Part shown: positions 46,156 to 55,571 of the stretch, piece after piece
Layout of the letters: every line of letters starts with the position of its first letter
Numbering within the stretch: position 1 is the first letter of the stretch
Assembly: GCA_001775095.1 (NCBI GenBank)
Contig: MFCA01000025.1
Coordinates: 22,994 to 86,993 of the forward strand
Direction: 5' to 3'
DNA length: 64,000 nt
From: Candidatus Curtissbacteria bacterium RIFOXYA1_FULL_41_14
GTDB lineage: Bacteria > Patescibacteriota > Microgenomatia > Curtissbacterales > GWA2-41-24
Program-made: the position numbers and the translations under genes
The notes under the pieces: model-generated
The model's database searches: none
What the model was told of the DNA's origin: nothing
The model's input: the letters and a program-made list of their open reading frames with translations, nothing else

Positions 46156-46863
46156 TTAGCGAAGGACTATTCTTTTAAAGCCTTCTGCATATTTTGCCTT
46201 GATTTTTCTACCTGAACGCCTGGCCCACAATTTAATCATTTTTTCCATTTGGCTGGGGTCTTTAATCTGACTTTTATGTTCCTTAAGGGCCTTGATTTTT
46301 AAATCGAGAGTATCAGTGATATCAACAATAAAATTCGGCTTTTCAAAAGCAGTTAATAAGATTTCTTTGACTTTATGAGGTGCAAATCCTTTTTTCGCGA
46401 GGTCTGGAAATGTTAAGCGGTCGCGGGCTAGGGGGAAAACCGCAGACAAAGTGGCTTCGGCAGCTGCGATATGATCCGGGTGATTGATATAGCCGAGATC
46501 GATCGAGTAGCGTGCAGTTGGATCCAGGGTAACTACCAAGGCCGGTCTAATCTTTCGAATAACTTTAACTATCTCTTTTTTAAGTTCGAGTGTCGGTTCA
46601 AGCTCAGTATCGTGATGATTCAAAAAATATACTTTTTTGACCCCTAAAACTTTGGCCGCATCTTCCTGTTCTTTCCTTCGGATTTTGGCAAGTTTTGCCG
46701 ATGTCATTTTAGGATCATCGGAACCCTTGTTGCCATTTGTGCAAAGGAGGTAATAAACAACTGCCCCTTCCCCAATCCATTTGGCGATTGAGCCGGAAGC
46801 TATAAAATCAATGTCGTCTTGATGGGCTCCAACAGCAAGAATTACCTCATTTCTTTTTGACAT
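46156..46863 (-). CDS. PIG-L/LmbE-family N-acetylglucosaminyl deacetylase
   Basis: The AHQDDIDF and HPDH motifs of the LmbE-like fold. The start is probably MSKRNEV at 46863 rather than 46899. Confidence 0.7.
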   Translation of the reverse strand: MSKRNEVILAVGAHQDDIDFIASGSIAKWIGEGAVVYYLLCTNGNKGSDDPKMTSAKLAKIRRKEQEDAAKVLGVKKVYFLNHHDTELEPTLELKKEIVKVIRKIRPALVVTLDPTARYSIDLGYINHPDHIAAAEATLSAVFPLARDRLTFPDLAKKGFAPHKVKEILLTAFEKPNFIVDITDTLDLKIKALKEHKSQIKDPSQMEKMIKLWARRSGRKIKAKYAEGFKRIVLR

Positions 46864-48181
46864 AATTTTTAAGTCTGGTAATCGTCTCCTCTTGACCAAG
46901 TTGTTCCATAGATTCGTAAAGAGGAGGGGTAATTATACTACCTGAGACAATATTTCTGACAGCAGAAATTAACTCTATCCTGTCGATTTTTTTAAGGACA
47001 GCTGTTTCCTCGATTAATTTCCTGATGACAGAATTATTCCAAACCTTACTTTTTTCAAAAACTGAGATTACATCAGCAATCAATGAAACAGACAGTGATA
47101 TTTTGGGAATATTTGAAATTTTCGGGCGGTTGAAAAAGAAGTCCGCCATTTTTGGGAATTCCAACAATGTTTTCATCCGTTCCCTGACAAGTGGTATTAA
47201 AGATCTGATTTTTTCAAGATCATATTGGGGAAAAAGGGTTTTAATCTGTTTGGCAAGTCTGTCGTCTTTGATCTTTTTCATCCACTCCCGATTAAACCAA
47301 TTTAATTTTTCGCCGTTGAAGATCGGGCTGTTTTTGTTAAGGCGATCAAGCGAAAATTCGCGAGTTAAATCATTTAGAGAAAATATTTCTCTATCGTCTT
47401 TGGGCGCCCAACCAAGAAGGCTCAAAAAGTTAACTAGAGCTTCGGGCAGATAACCTTCATCTATATATTCGATAACTGATTTTGCACCTTCGCGCTTTGA
47501 AAGCTTTTTACGATCAGGTCCCAGGATTGGCGGCAGATGAATAAAAGCAGGATATAGCCACGAAAAGGCCTCGTACAAAAGAAGATGTTTTGGAGTTGAT
47601 GATATCCATTCGTCCCCGCGGATGACGTGGGAGATTTGCATATCGTGATCATCAACAACAGAGGCAAAGTGATACGTCGGGAAACCGTCGGATTTTACTA
47701 TGATAAAGTCTTCGAGTACATCGGATAAAAACTTAATTTCGCCATGAACCAAATCTTGCCATTTTAGGGTTTTTCCTTTTGGAATTTTGAAGCGCCAAGA
47801 TCCTTGGTCTTCATAAACCAGCTTCTGGTCTTTTAGAATTTTCAGGTGTTTCTGGTAAAGATCCAGTCTTCTGGACTGCTCGTAATACTCATCCCATTTC
47901 AAACCAAGAACCGAGAGGCTTTCTTGAATTATTTCTCGAGAGCCTGGAACTAGTCTTTTACGATCGGTGTCCTCAAGCCTGAGTATGAAGGTGCCATCCT
48001 GATTTTTTGCATACAAAAAATCAAAAAGGGCTGTTCTTATATTGCCGATATGAGGAACTCCAGTTGGCGACGGGGCATATCGAACACGGACCCTTCGACT
48101 ACGCTCAGGGTCTTCGACCTTTCGACTACGCTCAGGGTCTTCGACCTTTCGACTACGCTGCGGGTCTTCGGTCTTTTTCAT
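46847..48181 (-). CDS. gltX: Glutamyl-tRNA synthetase with an N-terminal repeat-encoded extension
   Basis: RVRYAPSPTGVPHIGNIRTA (HIGH) and KLSKREG (KMSKS). The first 30 residues, MKKTEDPQRSRKVEDPERSRKVEDPERSRR, are encoded by the 27-nt tandem repeat. There is no alternative start downstream of the repeat. Confidence 0.85.
   Translation of the reverse strand: MKKTEDPQRSRKVEDPERSRKVEDPERSRRVRVRYAPSPTGVPHIGNIRTALFDFLYAKNQDGTFILRLEDTDRKRLVPGSREIIQESLSVLGLKWDEYYEQSRRLDLYQKHLKILKDQKLVYEDQGSWRFKIPKGKTLKWQDLVHGEIKFLSDVLEDFIIVKSDGFPTYHFASVVDDHDMQISHVIRGDEWISSTPKHLLLYEAFSWLYPAFIHLPPILGPDRKKLSKREGAKSVIEYIDEGYLPEALVNFLSLLGWAPKDDREIFSLNDLTREFSLDRLNKNSPIFNGEKLNWFNREWMKKIKDDRLAKQIKTLFPQYDLEKIRSLIPLVRERMKTLLEFPKMADFFFNRPKISNIPKISLSVSLIADVISVFEKSKVWNNSVIRKLIEETAVLKKIDRIELISAVRNIVSGSIITPPLYESMEQLGQEETITRLKNYVKKK
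48092..48172. repeat. Three tandem in-frame copies of the 27-nt unit (ccttcgactacgctcagggtcttcgac) at the 5' end of gltX
   Basis: It is the same unit as in nrdJ with 2-3 substitutions, and it encodes VEDPERSRK repeats. Confidence 0.85.
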
Positions 48182-48198
48182 GGTAAAATTGTATCACG

Positions 48199-49233
48199 GT
48201 GACAAACTTAACCGAAACTGCATCTTTTTCAAGAAAATCTTTTATTTGGGTCCTTCGGTTGGTTGGGGTAATTATTATTTTAATCCTTTTAATATCACTG
48301 GGCAGAGTTTTAAAAAATACGATCTTTCCACCCAAACCACTGCCCGCAACGGTTGCCTTCGGCAAATTACCAAAGCCTGATTTGACAGAGGGTATAAAGC
48401 CAAGTGCAGGAATTACCTATAAAATCGAGACGATCAGCGGTCAATTACCAACGCTGCCCAATACGGCTAAAGTTTTTGCGATAGTCGCCAATGAATCTTC
48501 ATTTGGAGCACTGGAGAGGACCCGTACAATTGTTTCAAAACTTGGATTTACACAGGAGCCTCAAAAAATCTCGGGTAATATTTATAAGTTTCAAAACACT
48601 AAAGAGGGAGGAACTATTACAATTGATATTTCCAGCAATAACTTTATTCTGGAGGGTGACTATTTTAATAATCCAGAAATAATTTCAACACGACCGAGAA
48701 GCCTTGAGGATGCTGTCGATTTGGCCAAAGATTTCTTTAGTAACTTTGATCTTGTCTGGGAAGAATTTCCTAAGGACAGGATCCAAACTTCTACTCTGCG
48801 ACTTGACGCCGGACAGTTAACAGAAACACCATCGCTTTCTTCTGCAAATTTAGTGCGGGTAAATTTTCAGAGGGCAAGTTTGGATGGCTTAAATATAATC
48901 AGCCCGCAAGAGGATAGACCCCCGGCACAAGCATTGGTTTCTGAAAGAAAAGTAGTCGAAGCAGAACTTTCAAAGCTTTCAACTGCCCATAACGAATTTG
49001 CAACATATCCTCTAAAGGGAACAGCAAAAGCATTTGAGCAGATAACATCAGGTCAGGGTGCTTTGAACAAAAGACCAACAGGCGCAAATATTCCAATAAG
49101 AAGTGTTGATCTTTGTTATCTTGAAACTAAAAACTATCAAAGTTATTTGCAGCCGGTATACGCTTTTAAAAGTGACGATGGCTTGATAGTGTATGTGGCA
49201 GCGGTTGATGATTTTTGGATCACTGCGGATTAA
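48199..49233 (+). CDS. Hypothetical membrane-anchored secreted protein
   Basis: A 344-aa protein with an N-terminal TM helix and no recognised domain. Confidence 0.45.
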   Translation: MTNLTETASFSRKSFIWVLRLVGVIIILILLISLGRVLKNTIFPPKPLPATVAFGKLPKPDLTEGIKPSAGITYKIETISGQLPTLPNTAKVFAIVANESSFGALERTRTIVSKLGFTQEPQKISGNIYKFQNTKEGGTITIDISSNNFILEGDYFNNPEIISTRPRSLEDAVDLAKDFFSNFDLVWEEFPKDRIQTSTLRLDAGQLTETPSLSSANLVRVNFQRASLDGLNIISPQEDRPPAQALVSERKVVEAELSKLSTAHNEFATYPLKGTAKAFEQITSGQGALNKRPTGANIPIRSVDLCYLETKNYQSYLQPVYAFKSDDGLIVYVAAVDDFWITAD

Positions 49234-50113
49234 GCCACTGGTGGTTGGTAAAGGCCCACTCTATAAGCTGCTTTGATTCTCCAAAACGGTCATATGAGCC
49301 TAAGACTACAGTGGTAATTGTATGGTCATTGCGAGTCGTTTTGGTAATTAAAACTTCTAGAGAGCCTTCTGTTTGGCCTGTTTTGACGCCTTCAACCCCT
49401 TCTATTTCGCCAAGTAACTCGTTAATATTTTCTAAATAATAAATTTTGAAACCATTAACATCATTCAAAACAGCGTTCTTTGTGGCGACTATTTTGGATA
49501 TTAAGGGACTAGCAACCGCAACTTTGGCGAGCTTCGCAAGATCACGGGCAGACGAATATTGAAGTGGATCGTCGAATCCGGCCGGATTAAGAAAGTGGCT
49601 ATTTTCCATTTTCAATTCCTTGGCCTTTTGGTTCATTGACTCCACAAAGCGATAGGAGGAGTCCGAACAAGAATCAGCCAACACAAAAGCCGCATCGTTA
49701 CCGGAGGCAACTAATAAGCCATAGAGTAAATCTTTGACCGTAACTAAATCACCCTGGGTAAGTCCCATCTGGGTTCCTTCTCCAACTACCTTTCCAACCC
49801 TTATTACTTGCTCTGGATCACATTTCTCAAGCGCAACAATTGCTGTCATCAATTTGGTAGTTGATGCGGGTAAATGGCGAGTATCGGGATTTTTCGTAAA
49901 AAGCTCAATTGCTGTTTTACTGTCGATTACAATTGCTGAGCTTGCGGAAATCTCCGGCGGTTGATGGGGGTTTTCAACTGCGACCGGGTAAGGATAAAGT
50001 TCAGGTACCTCGTTTATAATCGGCAATTTTTGAGGCTGACTTTTGGCAAAGGCAATAAATACAGTAAAAGATAGAAGTATTAAAACTGCGCAAAGATAAC
50101 GGGTAAGATTCAC
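49220..50113 (-). CDS. D-alanyl-D-alanine carboxypeptidase (S11, PBP5-like)
   Basis: SxxK (ASTTK), SGN (ASGND) and KTG (KTGQT) motifs are present. Confidence 0.8.
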   Translation of the reverse strand: MNLTRYLCAVLILLSFTVFIAFAKSQPQKLPIINEVPELYPYPVAVENPHQPPEISASSAIVIDSKTAIELFTKNPDTRHLPASTTKLMTAIVALEKCDPEQVIRVGKVVGEGTQMGLTQGDLVTVKDLLYGLLVASGNDAAFVLADSCSDSSYRFVESMNQKAKELKMENSHFLNPAGFDDPLQYSSARDLAKLAKVAVASPLISKIVATKNAVLNDVNGFKIYYLENINELLGEIEGVEGVKTGQTEGSLEVLITKTTRNDHTITTVVLGSYDRFGESKQLIEWAFTNHQWLNPQ

Positions 50114-51471
50114 AACTGTCTAATGCCAAGTTCTTTCAGGGTTTCTTTGTCGACATCCGAAGGCGCATCCATAACCGCAGTCCGGCCGGTTGAAGTCATC
50201 GGAAAAGGAATGACCTCGCGTATATCTTTCTCTCCGGTTAAAAGCATTAACCAGCGATCAATGCCGCAAGCAATTCCGCCGTGAGGAGGAGCGCCATAGG
50301 CAAAAGCCTCAAGCATATGGCCAAACTTTTCCTCAATATCTTTTCTCTTGTGGCCTAAAACTTCAAAAACTTTGGTCAGAATTTGCCCATCATTACTTCT
50401 GATGCTCCCGCCTCCCATCTCAACACCGTTAGCGACCAGATCGTATTGGCAGGTTTTAATCCCTTCAATTTGGCCCCTTAAAAAGGCCTCTTTATCATCC
50501 GGGGCAAGATCGGAAAAGGGATTGTGGGAATAAGTCCATTTACTGTTTGCATCTTTTACAAAAAACGGGAAATCAACCACCCAGGCAAAGGCAAAAGTGT
50601 TTGGCTTTTTCTCGCCTTCTGCACGCAGATCGAATTTATCTGAACCGAATTTTTTCATTGCCTCCTCATAGGTAAAGACTGGAAAGGGTTTTTTAAAAAT
50701 CTTAGCACCCATTTTTTCAAAAACTTGAGTCGCCAGGCCTTCTGTCATGGCCATCACATCTTCTCTTTTGACAAAGCTCATTTCCAGATCAATCTGGGTA
50801 TGTTCAAAAGCCCGGTCTGAACGCAGGTCCTCATCTCTAAGGCATCTGGCAATTTGGAAATACTTCTCAAAACCGGCAATCATCAAAAGTTGTTTATATT
50901 GCTGGGGAGATTGGGGGAGGGCATAAAATTTGCCTTTCTGAAAACGGGAAGGGACGATGAAGTCTCTAGAGCCTTCCGGTGTTGATTTGGTTAAAATTGG
51001 AGTTTCAATTTCGACAAAGTCGTTTTCAAAAAGATACTGACGGGCAATTTCGACAAGTTTTGACCGCAGCTTAATATTTTTCTGCAATCTTTTGCGCCTC
51101 AGATCGAGATAACGGTACTTAAGCCTTAAATCTTCCTCTATATCATATCCATCCGTATCAATTGGGAATGGTGGGGTTTTTGACTCGTTTAAAACGGTAA
51201 ATTTTGTTGCTTTAACTTCAACTTCGCCGGTCTCAATTTTAGGGTTGACGAGATTTTTTGGTCGTTTGTTTACTTCTCCTTCAATCTCGACCACAAATTC
51301 GGGCCTTAAACTTTTGGCTTCTTGGCCGCAGACAACTTGGATAATCCCCGATCGGTCCCGAAGATCAAGAAAAATTAGTTTTCCATGATCGCGACGGGTA
51401 TCGACCCAGCCCTGAAGTTTTACTTTCTGACCGATTTTTTTAATACTTTCAACGGCTAATGTCCTGTCCAT
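50110..51471 (-). CDS. aspS: Aspartyl-tRNA synthetase, archaeal/eukaryotic type (no GAD insertion)
   Basis: N-terminal OB fold, FYALPQSPQQYKQLLM and FRDEDLRSDR class II motifs. Its length of 453 aa lacks the bacterial insertion domain. Confidence 0.85.
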   Translation of the reverse strand: MDRTLAVESIKKIGQKVKLQGWVDTRRDHGKLIFLDLRDRSGIIQVVCGQEAKSLRPEFVVEIEGEVNKRPKNLVNPKIETGEVEVKATKFTVLNESKTPPFPIDTDGYDIEEDLRLKYRYLDLRRKRLQKNIKLRSKLVEIARQYLFENDFVEIETPILTKSTPEGSRDFIVPSRFQKGKFYALPQSPQQYKQLLMIAGFEKYFQIARCLRDEDLRSDRAFEHTQIDLEMSFVKREDVMAMTEGLATQVFEKMGAKIFKKPFPVFTYEEAMKKFGSDKFDLRAEGEKKPNTFAFAWVVDFPFFVKDANSKWTYSHNPFSDLAPDDKEAFLRGQIEGIKTCQYDLVANGVEMGGGSIRSNDGQILTKVFEVLGHKRKDIEEKFGHMLEAFAYGAPPHGGIACGIDRWLMLLTGEKDIREVIPFPMTSTGRTAVMDAPSDVDKETLKELGIRQL

Positions 51472-51529
51472 TGACTTTTGGAAAATCTATCTATTTTATT
51501 TTCTTCAGTCAATTCTAAACTAAACAAGG

Positions 51530-51559
51530 TTGACAATCAAAGATTATGTTGAGTAATAT
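51530..51559 (+). promoter_or_regulatory. Near-consensus sigma70 promoter TTGACA - 18 nt - TAATAT
   Basis: ttgaca at 51530-51535 and taatat at 51554-51559, in the aspS/recJ intergenic region. Confidence 0.5.
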
Positions 51560-51566
51560 TTTTAAG

Positions 51567-51701
51567 TATGGTTTTTAACTTAAACAGAACTCCCCTTACT
51601 TTAGGTCTCTTGCTTTGCAGGAGCTACGGGGAGGTTATGGTTTAGGTTACAAAAACCCAACCGAATCGGAAAAGATACCTCCCCAAAAGGGAGGGTTTTT
51701 T
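51567..51701 (+). ncRNA. Candidate small RNA or cis-regulatory leader (about 135 nt) between the consensus promoter and an intrinsic terminator
   Basis: Bounded by the promoter above and the hairpin cctccc-caaaa-gggagg plus TTTTTT. It contains a long-range pairing ggggaggt...acctcccc. I recognise no match to a known RNA family. Confidence 0.35.
51678..51701 (+). terminator. Intrinsic terminator (cctccc caaaa gggagg tttttt)
   Basis: A 6-bp GC stem with a 5-nt loop and a T6 tract. Confidence 0.55.
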
Positions 51702-51718
51702 ATGGGTGAAAGGTTAAA

Positions 51719-51886
51719 ATGCCGGAAAGAGAAAATCAGGATAATAATCAGTTTGATCAAGATAAATCCCCGGATACTAACAAAGATCAACGAGTTGGCC
51801 CTCAGAACTATGACATTCTCGAGGAGGTTGGAAAGATTGTTGATGAAAAGTCAAGACAAGATTTCATTGATCAAATGAATGCCTAA
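51719..51886 (+). CDS. Small acidic ORF (55 aa) downstream of the leader
   Basis: MPERENQDNNQFDQDKSPDTNKDQRVGPQNYDILEEVGKIVDEKSRQDFIDQMNA. It competes with the overlapping track ORF 51615-51878 in another frame. Neither frame is supported by homology. Confidence 0.25.
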   Translation: MPERENQDNNQFDQDKSPDTNKDQRVGPQNYDILEEVGKIVDEKSRQDFIDQMNA

Positions 51887-51919
51887 TTTTAGATTTATTG
51901 TCGAGAACTTCTCGACTCT

Positions 51920-51944
51920 CCCGCCCTTTTTGAAAAAAGGCGGG
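51920..51944. terminator. Bidirectional terminator hairpin cccgccctttttgaaaaaaggcggg downstream of recJ
   Basis: A near-perfect palindrome with a GC-clamped stem and A/T tracts on both sides, 25 nt past the recJ stop. Confidence 0.55.
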
Positions 51945-51968
51945 ATCGCTCGAAGAATAAAAAGGGGG

Positions 51969-53600
51969 TCAGGATTTGATTTTTAAATCCCTTAGCTTGA
52001 GCTGGATTGCGTTGTTGCCGTTGTAACGGTCTTCGGCTAAAGTATAAACCGCATCTACTGAATATCCCGGCCTGATTTGGGATCTAAATTCACCCATGTT
52101 AAATCCGATTGCCGAAAAACCGTCAATTTGAAGTTTTAAATGATCGTTCTTTTGACCGACACACCTAACATCTTCAACTAACATTCCTTTTGTTAAAAAT
52201 AGAGGTTCACGATTACCAACACCAAAAGGCTCAAACTCGTCGATAATTTCCAAGGTATTGCGGCTGATATCATCGAGTTGCAACTCACATTCGATGGAAA
52301 GTTTTCGTGCAAGCGATTCCACCGATAGCTTTCCTTTGGCATAGTAGTTTATCGAATCTGAAAAACTTTGGATATGGCAAGTTTCGATGGTAAATCCGGC
52401 TGCCATTGGGTGTCCGCCAACATTAAGTACCAGATTACTTGACTTACTAATCGCTTCAACAATATTAAAACCGGCAACAGAACGGGCGGACCCTTTGGAA
52501 AAAGTCTCTCCTTGCGATATGACAATCATTGGCTTGTTATGGATTTCCATTAGCCGAGCGGCGACTAACCCGATAATTCCCTCGTGCCAATTTGGGTGTG
52601 ATATGACTCCAATTGGACTCTCTCCATTAACCATTACTTTTGCTTCCTGAATAATTTTGGAGGTTAAATCCTGTCTTTTGGTATTGGTTTTACAAAGCAA
52701 TCTAGCAAGACTAGCAGCTTGATCCTGATTTTTGGCACAAATGAGCCTTAAAGCATCAATTGCGTGTTCGATTCTGCCCATGGCGTTAATCCGCGGAGCT
52801 ATAATATGGCCTATTTCAAAAGTTCCAATTTGCCCCGAAATTGAAGTTTCTCTGATTAAAGCCTGTAGCCCTGGCCTTGAAGTTTTTGAAATCTTTTCCA
52901 GCCCAAGTTTAACAATCGCCCGATTGGCACCAAGAAGGGGCACCAAATCCGCAACAGTAGCTATGCTTGCCAGCTCCAGTTTCTCGATCAGGTTTTCTCT
53001 ATATGAAGGTTTTAATTTTTCTGAAATTTCATAAGCTAAACGCCAGGCAACTCCGGCCCCGCACAAATCAGTCGAGTGAACAAGGGCAACAGCTTTAGGG
53101 AGTTTTTTGGGTAAAATGTGGTGATCAGTGACGATTACATCGATTCCTAGATCTTTCGCGTGATCGACTTGATCGACAGCTGCTACGCCATGGTCTACCG
53201 TGATAATTAACTTTACTTTTTTCTTGGCAAGTTCTGAAATTGCTTCTTTGGAAAGACCGTATCCTTCCTTTATTCTATGAGGTACATAGGGTAAGGTATC
53301 AGCGCCAAGATCATGGAGAGTTTCCCATAAAATTGCTGTACCGCAAATGCCGTCAGCGTCATAATCGGAATAAATAATTACCTTTTCCTTACTGCTGATG
53401 GCTTTTGAAATCCGTTTCAACGCTTTCTCAACATCAGTCAGTTTGACCTCAAGAATCTGTTCGAACTTGGGATTCAAAAATTCTTCAAGTTTCTTTTTAG
53501 AAGTCAGTCCCCTATTTTTTGCAAGTAGGGAGGGGAGCCAATTTTTACCTTTATTGCTAACAGAAGGTGAAATTACGTTCCAGATGTGTGTAACCACCAA
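51969..53600 (-). CDS. recJ: Single-stranded-DNA-specific exonuclease RecJ
   Basis: DHH motifs (YSDYDADG, VIVTDHH) and a DHHA1 domain with a C-terminal OB fold. Confidence 0.85.
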   Translation of the reverse strand: MVVTHIWNVISPSVSNKGKNWLPSLLAKNRGLTSKKKLEEFLNPKFEQILEVKLTDVEKALKRISKAISSKEKVIIYSDYDADGICGTAILWETLHDLGADTLPYVPHRIKEGYGLSKEAISELAKKKVKLIITVDHGVAAVDQVDHAKDLGIDVIVTDHHILPKKLPKAVALVHSTDLCGAGVAWRLAYEISEKLKPSYRENLIEKLELASIATVADLVPLLGANRAIVKLGLEKISKTSRPGLQALIRETSISGQIGTFEIGHIIAPRINAMGRIEHAIDALRLICAKNQDQAASLARLLCKTNTKRQDLTSKIIQEAKVMVNGESPIGVISHPNWHEGIIGLVAARLMEIHNKPMIVISQGETFSKGSARSVAGFNIVEAISKSSNLVLNVGGHPMAAGFTIETCHIQSFSDSINYYAKGKLSVESLARKLSIECELQLDDISRNTLEIIDEFEPFGVGNREPLFLTKGMLVEDVRCVGQKNDHLKLQIDGFSAIGFNMGEFRSQIRPGYSVDAVYTLAEDRYNGNNAIQLKLRDLKIKS

Positions 53601-53657
53601 ATCATTCTATCAAGAAATATGAATGTCTGCTTAAGAAAAGAGATATAATTTTAGTAG

Positions 53658-55013
53658 ATGGATAAAGAACTTGTAAACATTCTGCAGGCCATAGTAAAAG
53701 CCGGTTTTGAGGTAGCTATTGTTGGAGGTGCGGTCAGGGATTTTTTGGCAAAAAAAGATATTAGCGATTGGGATTTTACAACCAATGCCAGACCCGAGGA
53801 AATTTTAAAATTAATTAAGGGGTCATTTTACAATAATCGATTTGGTACGGTGGGGGTAGTACTTCAAAGTCAAAAGTTAACTATTCAAATTACGACTTAC
53901 CGAACGGAAGAAAAATATACAGACAAAAGACATCCCGACGTAATTGTCTGGGGAAAGACACTAGAGGAGGACTTGTCACGGCGTGATTTTACGATTAATG
54001 CAATGGCCCTGCGAATTGAAAATGGAAAGTTGAAAGTTGAAAAAGACAATTTGGTTGACCCGTTTGATGGCCAAAAAGATCTAAGAAACAAACTAGTTCG
54101 CGCGGTTGGCGATCCGGATAAACGATTTAGGGAGGACGCATTAAGACTTTTAAGAGCGACTCGTTTTGCTACAACATTAGGTTTTAAAATTGAAGATAAA
54201 ACAGCTGCAGCAATCAAGAAAAATGCTAAAGCTCTTTTGTTAATCTCCGGCGAGAGAATTCGGGATGAACTTTTTAAAATACTAGGATCTGAGAATGCTG
54301 CTGACGGCATTCTCTTGGCTCGTGATCTTGGACTTCTGCAAATAATTTTGCCGGAACTTAATGAGTGTTTTACTGTTGAGCAAAAAAGTCCCCAGCGCCA
54401 TCATATTTATGACGTCGGAACTCACTGTGTCATGAGTCTGAGAAATTGTCCTTCCAAAGATACAATCACTCGTCTGGCGACCCTACTTCATGATACTGGT
54501 AAAGCCAAAGTAGCGGCTGTTACCGAAGAAGGCGTAAGAACTTTTCATAATCATGAGCTTGTCTCCTCAAGACAAGCTTTACAAATTGCCAAAAGACTCC
54601 ATCTTACTAATACCCAGAGAGAAAAATTATTCAAATTGGTCCGTTGGCATCAATTTAGCGTTAATGAAAATCAGACAGACAAGGCTTTGCGACGATTTAT
54701 CAGAAATATCGGGATCGAAAACATCGAGGATATGATGGATTTGAGAATCGGCGACAGGCTTGGCGGCGGATTGCAGCAGCCGGAATCCTGGAGACTTAAA
54801 CTTTTCAGAAAACGGCTAAAGGATGTTATGAAAAAACCGTTTACTGTTGCTGATCTTAAAGTCGACGGTCACGACGTAATGAAGATTCTAAATATCAAAC
54901 CTGGACCAAAAGTCGGCGAAGTGTTAAAAATGCTTTTCGAACAAGTCGCCGACGATCCTAAGAAAAATAACCGCGATTATTTGCAAAAAAGATTAAAAGA
55001 ATATAAAAATTGA
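53658..55013 (+). CDS. cca: CCA-adding tRNA nucleotidyltransferase / poly(A) polymerase family with HD domain
   Basis: N-terminal IVGGAVRDFLAK...DWDF polymerase-beta-like head and a central HD domain (LLHDTGK). Confidence 0.85.
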   Translation: MDKELVNILQAIVKAGFEVAIVGGAVRDFLAKKDISDWDFTTNARPEEILKLIKGSFYNNRFGTVGVVLQSQKLTIQITTYRTEEKYTDKRHPDVIVWGKTLEEDLSRRDFTINAMALRIENGKLKVEKDNLVDPFDGQKDLRNKLVRAVGDPDKRFREDALRLLRATRFATTLGFKIEDKTAAAIKKNAKALLLISGERIRDELFKILGSENAADGILLARDLGLLQIILPELNECFTVEQKSPQRHHIYDVGTHCVMSLRNCPSKDTITRLATLLHDTGKAKVAAVTEEGVRTFHNHELVSSRQALQIAKRLHLTNTQREKLFKLVRWHQFSVNENQTDKALRRFIRNIGIENIEDMMDLRIGDRLGGGLQQPESWRLKLFRKRLKDVMKKPFTVADLKVDGHDVMKILNIKPGPKVGEVLKMLFEQVADDPKKNNRDYLQKRLKEYKN

Positions 55014-55571
55014 AGAATTATTTTTAATCTTCTTTTTAATTAACTCAATAATTTCCGGAAATTCTTTTTTAGGGTTAGGGTAGCCAAAATGTTGCTCATT
55101 TTCAAACTCGAAATATTCCGTATTTAATTTGTTATTAATGAATCGTGAATGCTCAATTGGAATAAAGGGGTCATCTTTAGAGGCAAACTGAGCAATCCAT
55201 TTGGTATTCTTTTTAATTGTCGACCACTTCCAAGGTTCATCAAAATAGCCGCTTAATTTATCTTCCCTATAACCAAGGTCTGTGTAATGCCCAGCAACTA
55301 AAATTGCACCAAAAACTTTTATCTTTTCAAGCACACGCATAGTCGCGGCTGCGCCGGATGAGTGTCCAACAAGAATTGAGTTTTTGTCTGCTTTTAATGT
55401 ATCAATAATAAAAGGCTCCCAATATTTCCGACGTGCAAGATACCAGTCCGGCATATTTTTGGCAATAACTTCTAAGCCCAAATGTGTCAGTTTTTCAATT
55501 AAGTATGGGAACCAGTAATATTTATTAATGTCATCATGATAACCATTCCCTGGAAGCAATACTACTTTCAT
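54993..55571 (-). CDS. Alpha/beta hydrolase, RBBP9/YdeN-like serine hydrolase
   Basis: GHSSGA nucleophile elbow. It is 192 aa long. Confidence 0.6.
   Translation of the reverse strand: MKVVLLPGNGYHDDINKYYWFPYLIEKLTHLGLEVIAKNMPDWYLARRKYWEPFIIDTLKADKNSILVGHSSGAAATMRVLEKIKVFGAILVAGHYTDLGYREDKLSGYFDEPWKWSTIKKNTKWIAQFASKDDPFIPIEHSRFINNKLNTEYFEFENEQHFGYPNPKKEFPEIIELIKKKIKNNSSIFIFF

Noticed and set aside
46847-46899. 53-nt overlap between gltX 3' end and the track start of the LmbE-like gene
   Set aside because: It is explained by an over-extended track start. The internal Met at 46863 gives a conventional 17-nt overlap, so there is no evidence of programmed frameshifting.
51615-51878. Track ORF (87 aa, MQELRGGYGLGYKN...) spanning the predicted terminator and leader region
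   Set aside because: It runs through the strong intrinsic terminator hairpin and is lysine/isoleucine-rich low-complexity. The overlapping 55-aa acidic frame is somewhat more plausible. Neither frame has homology support.
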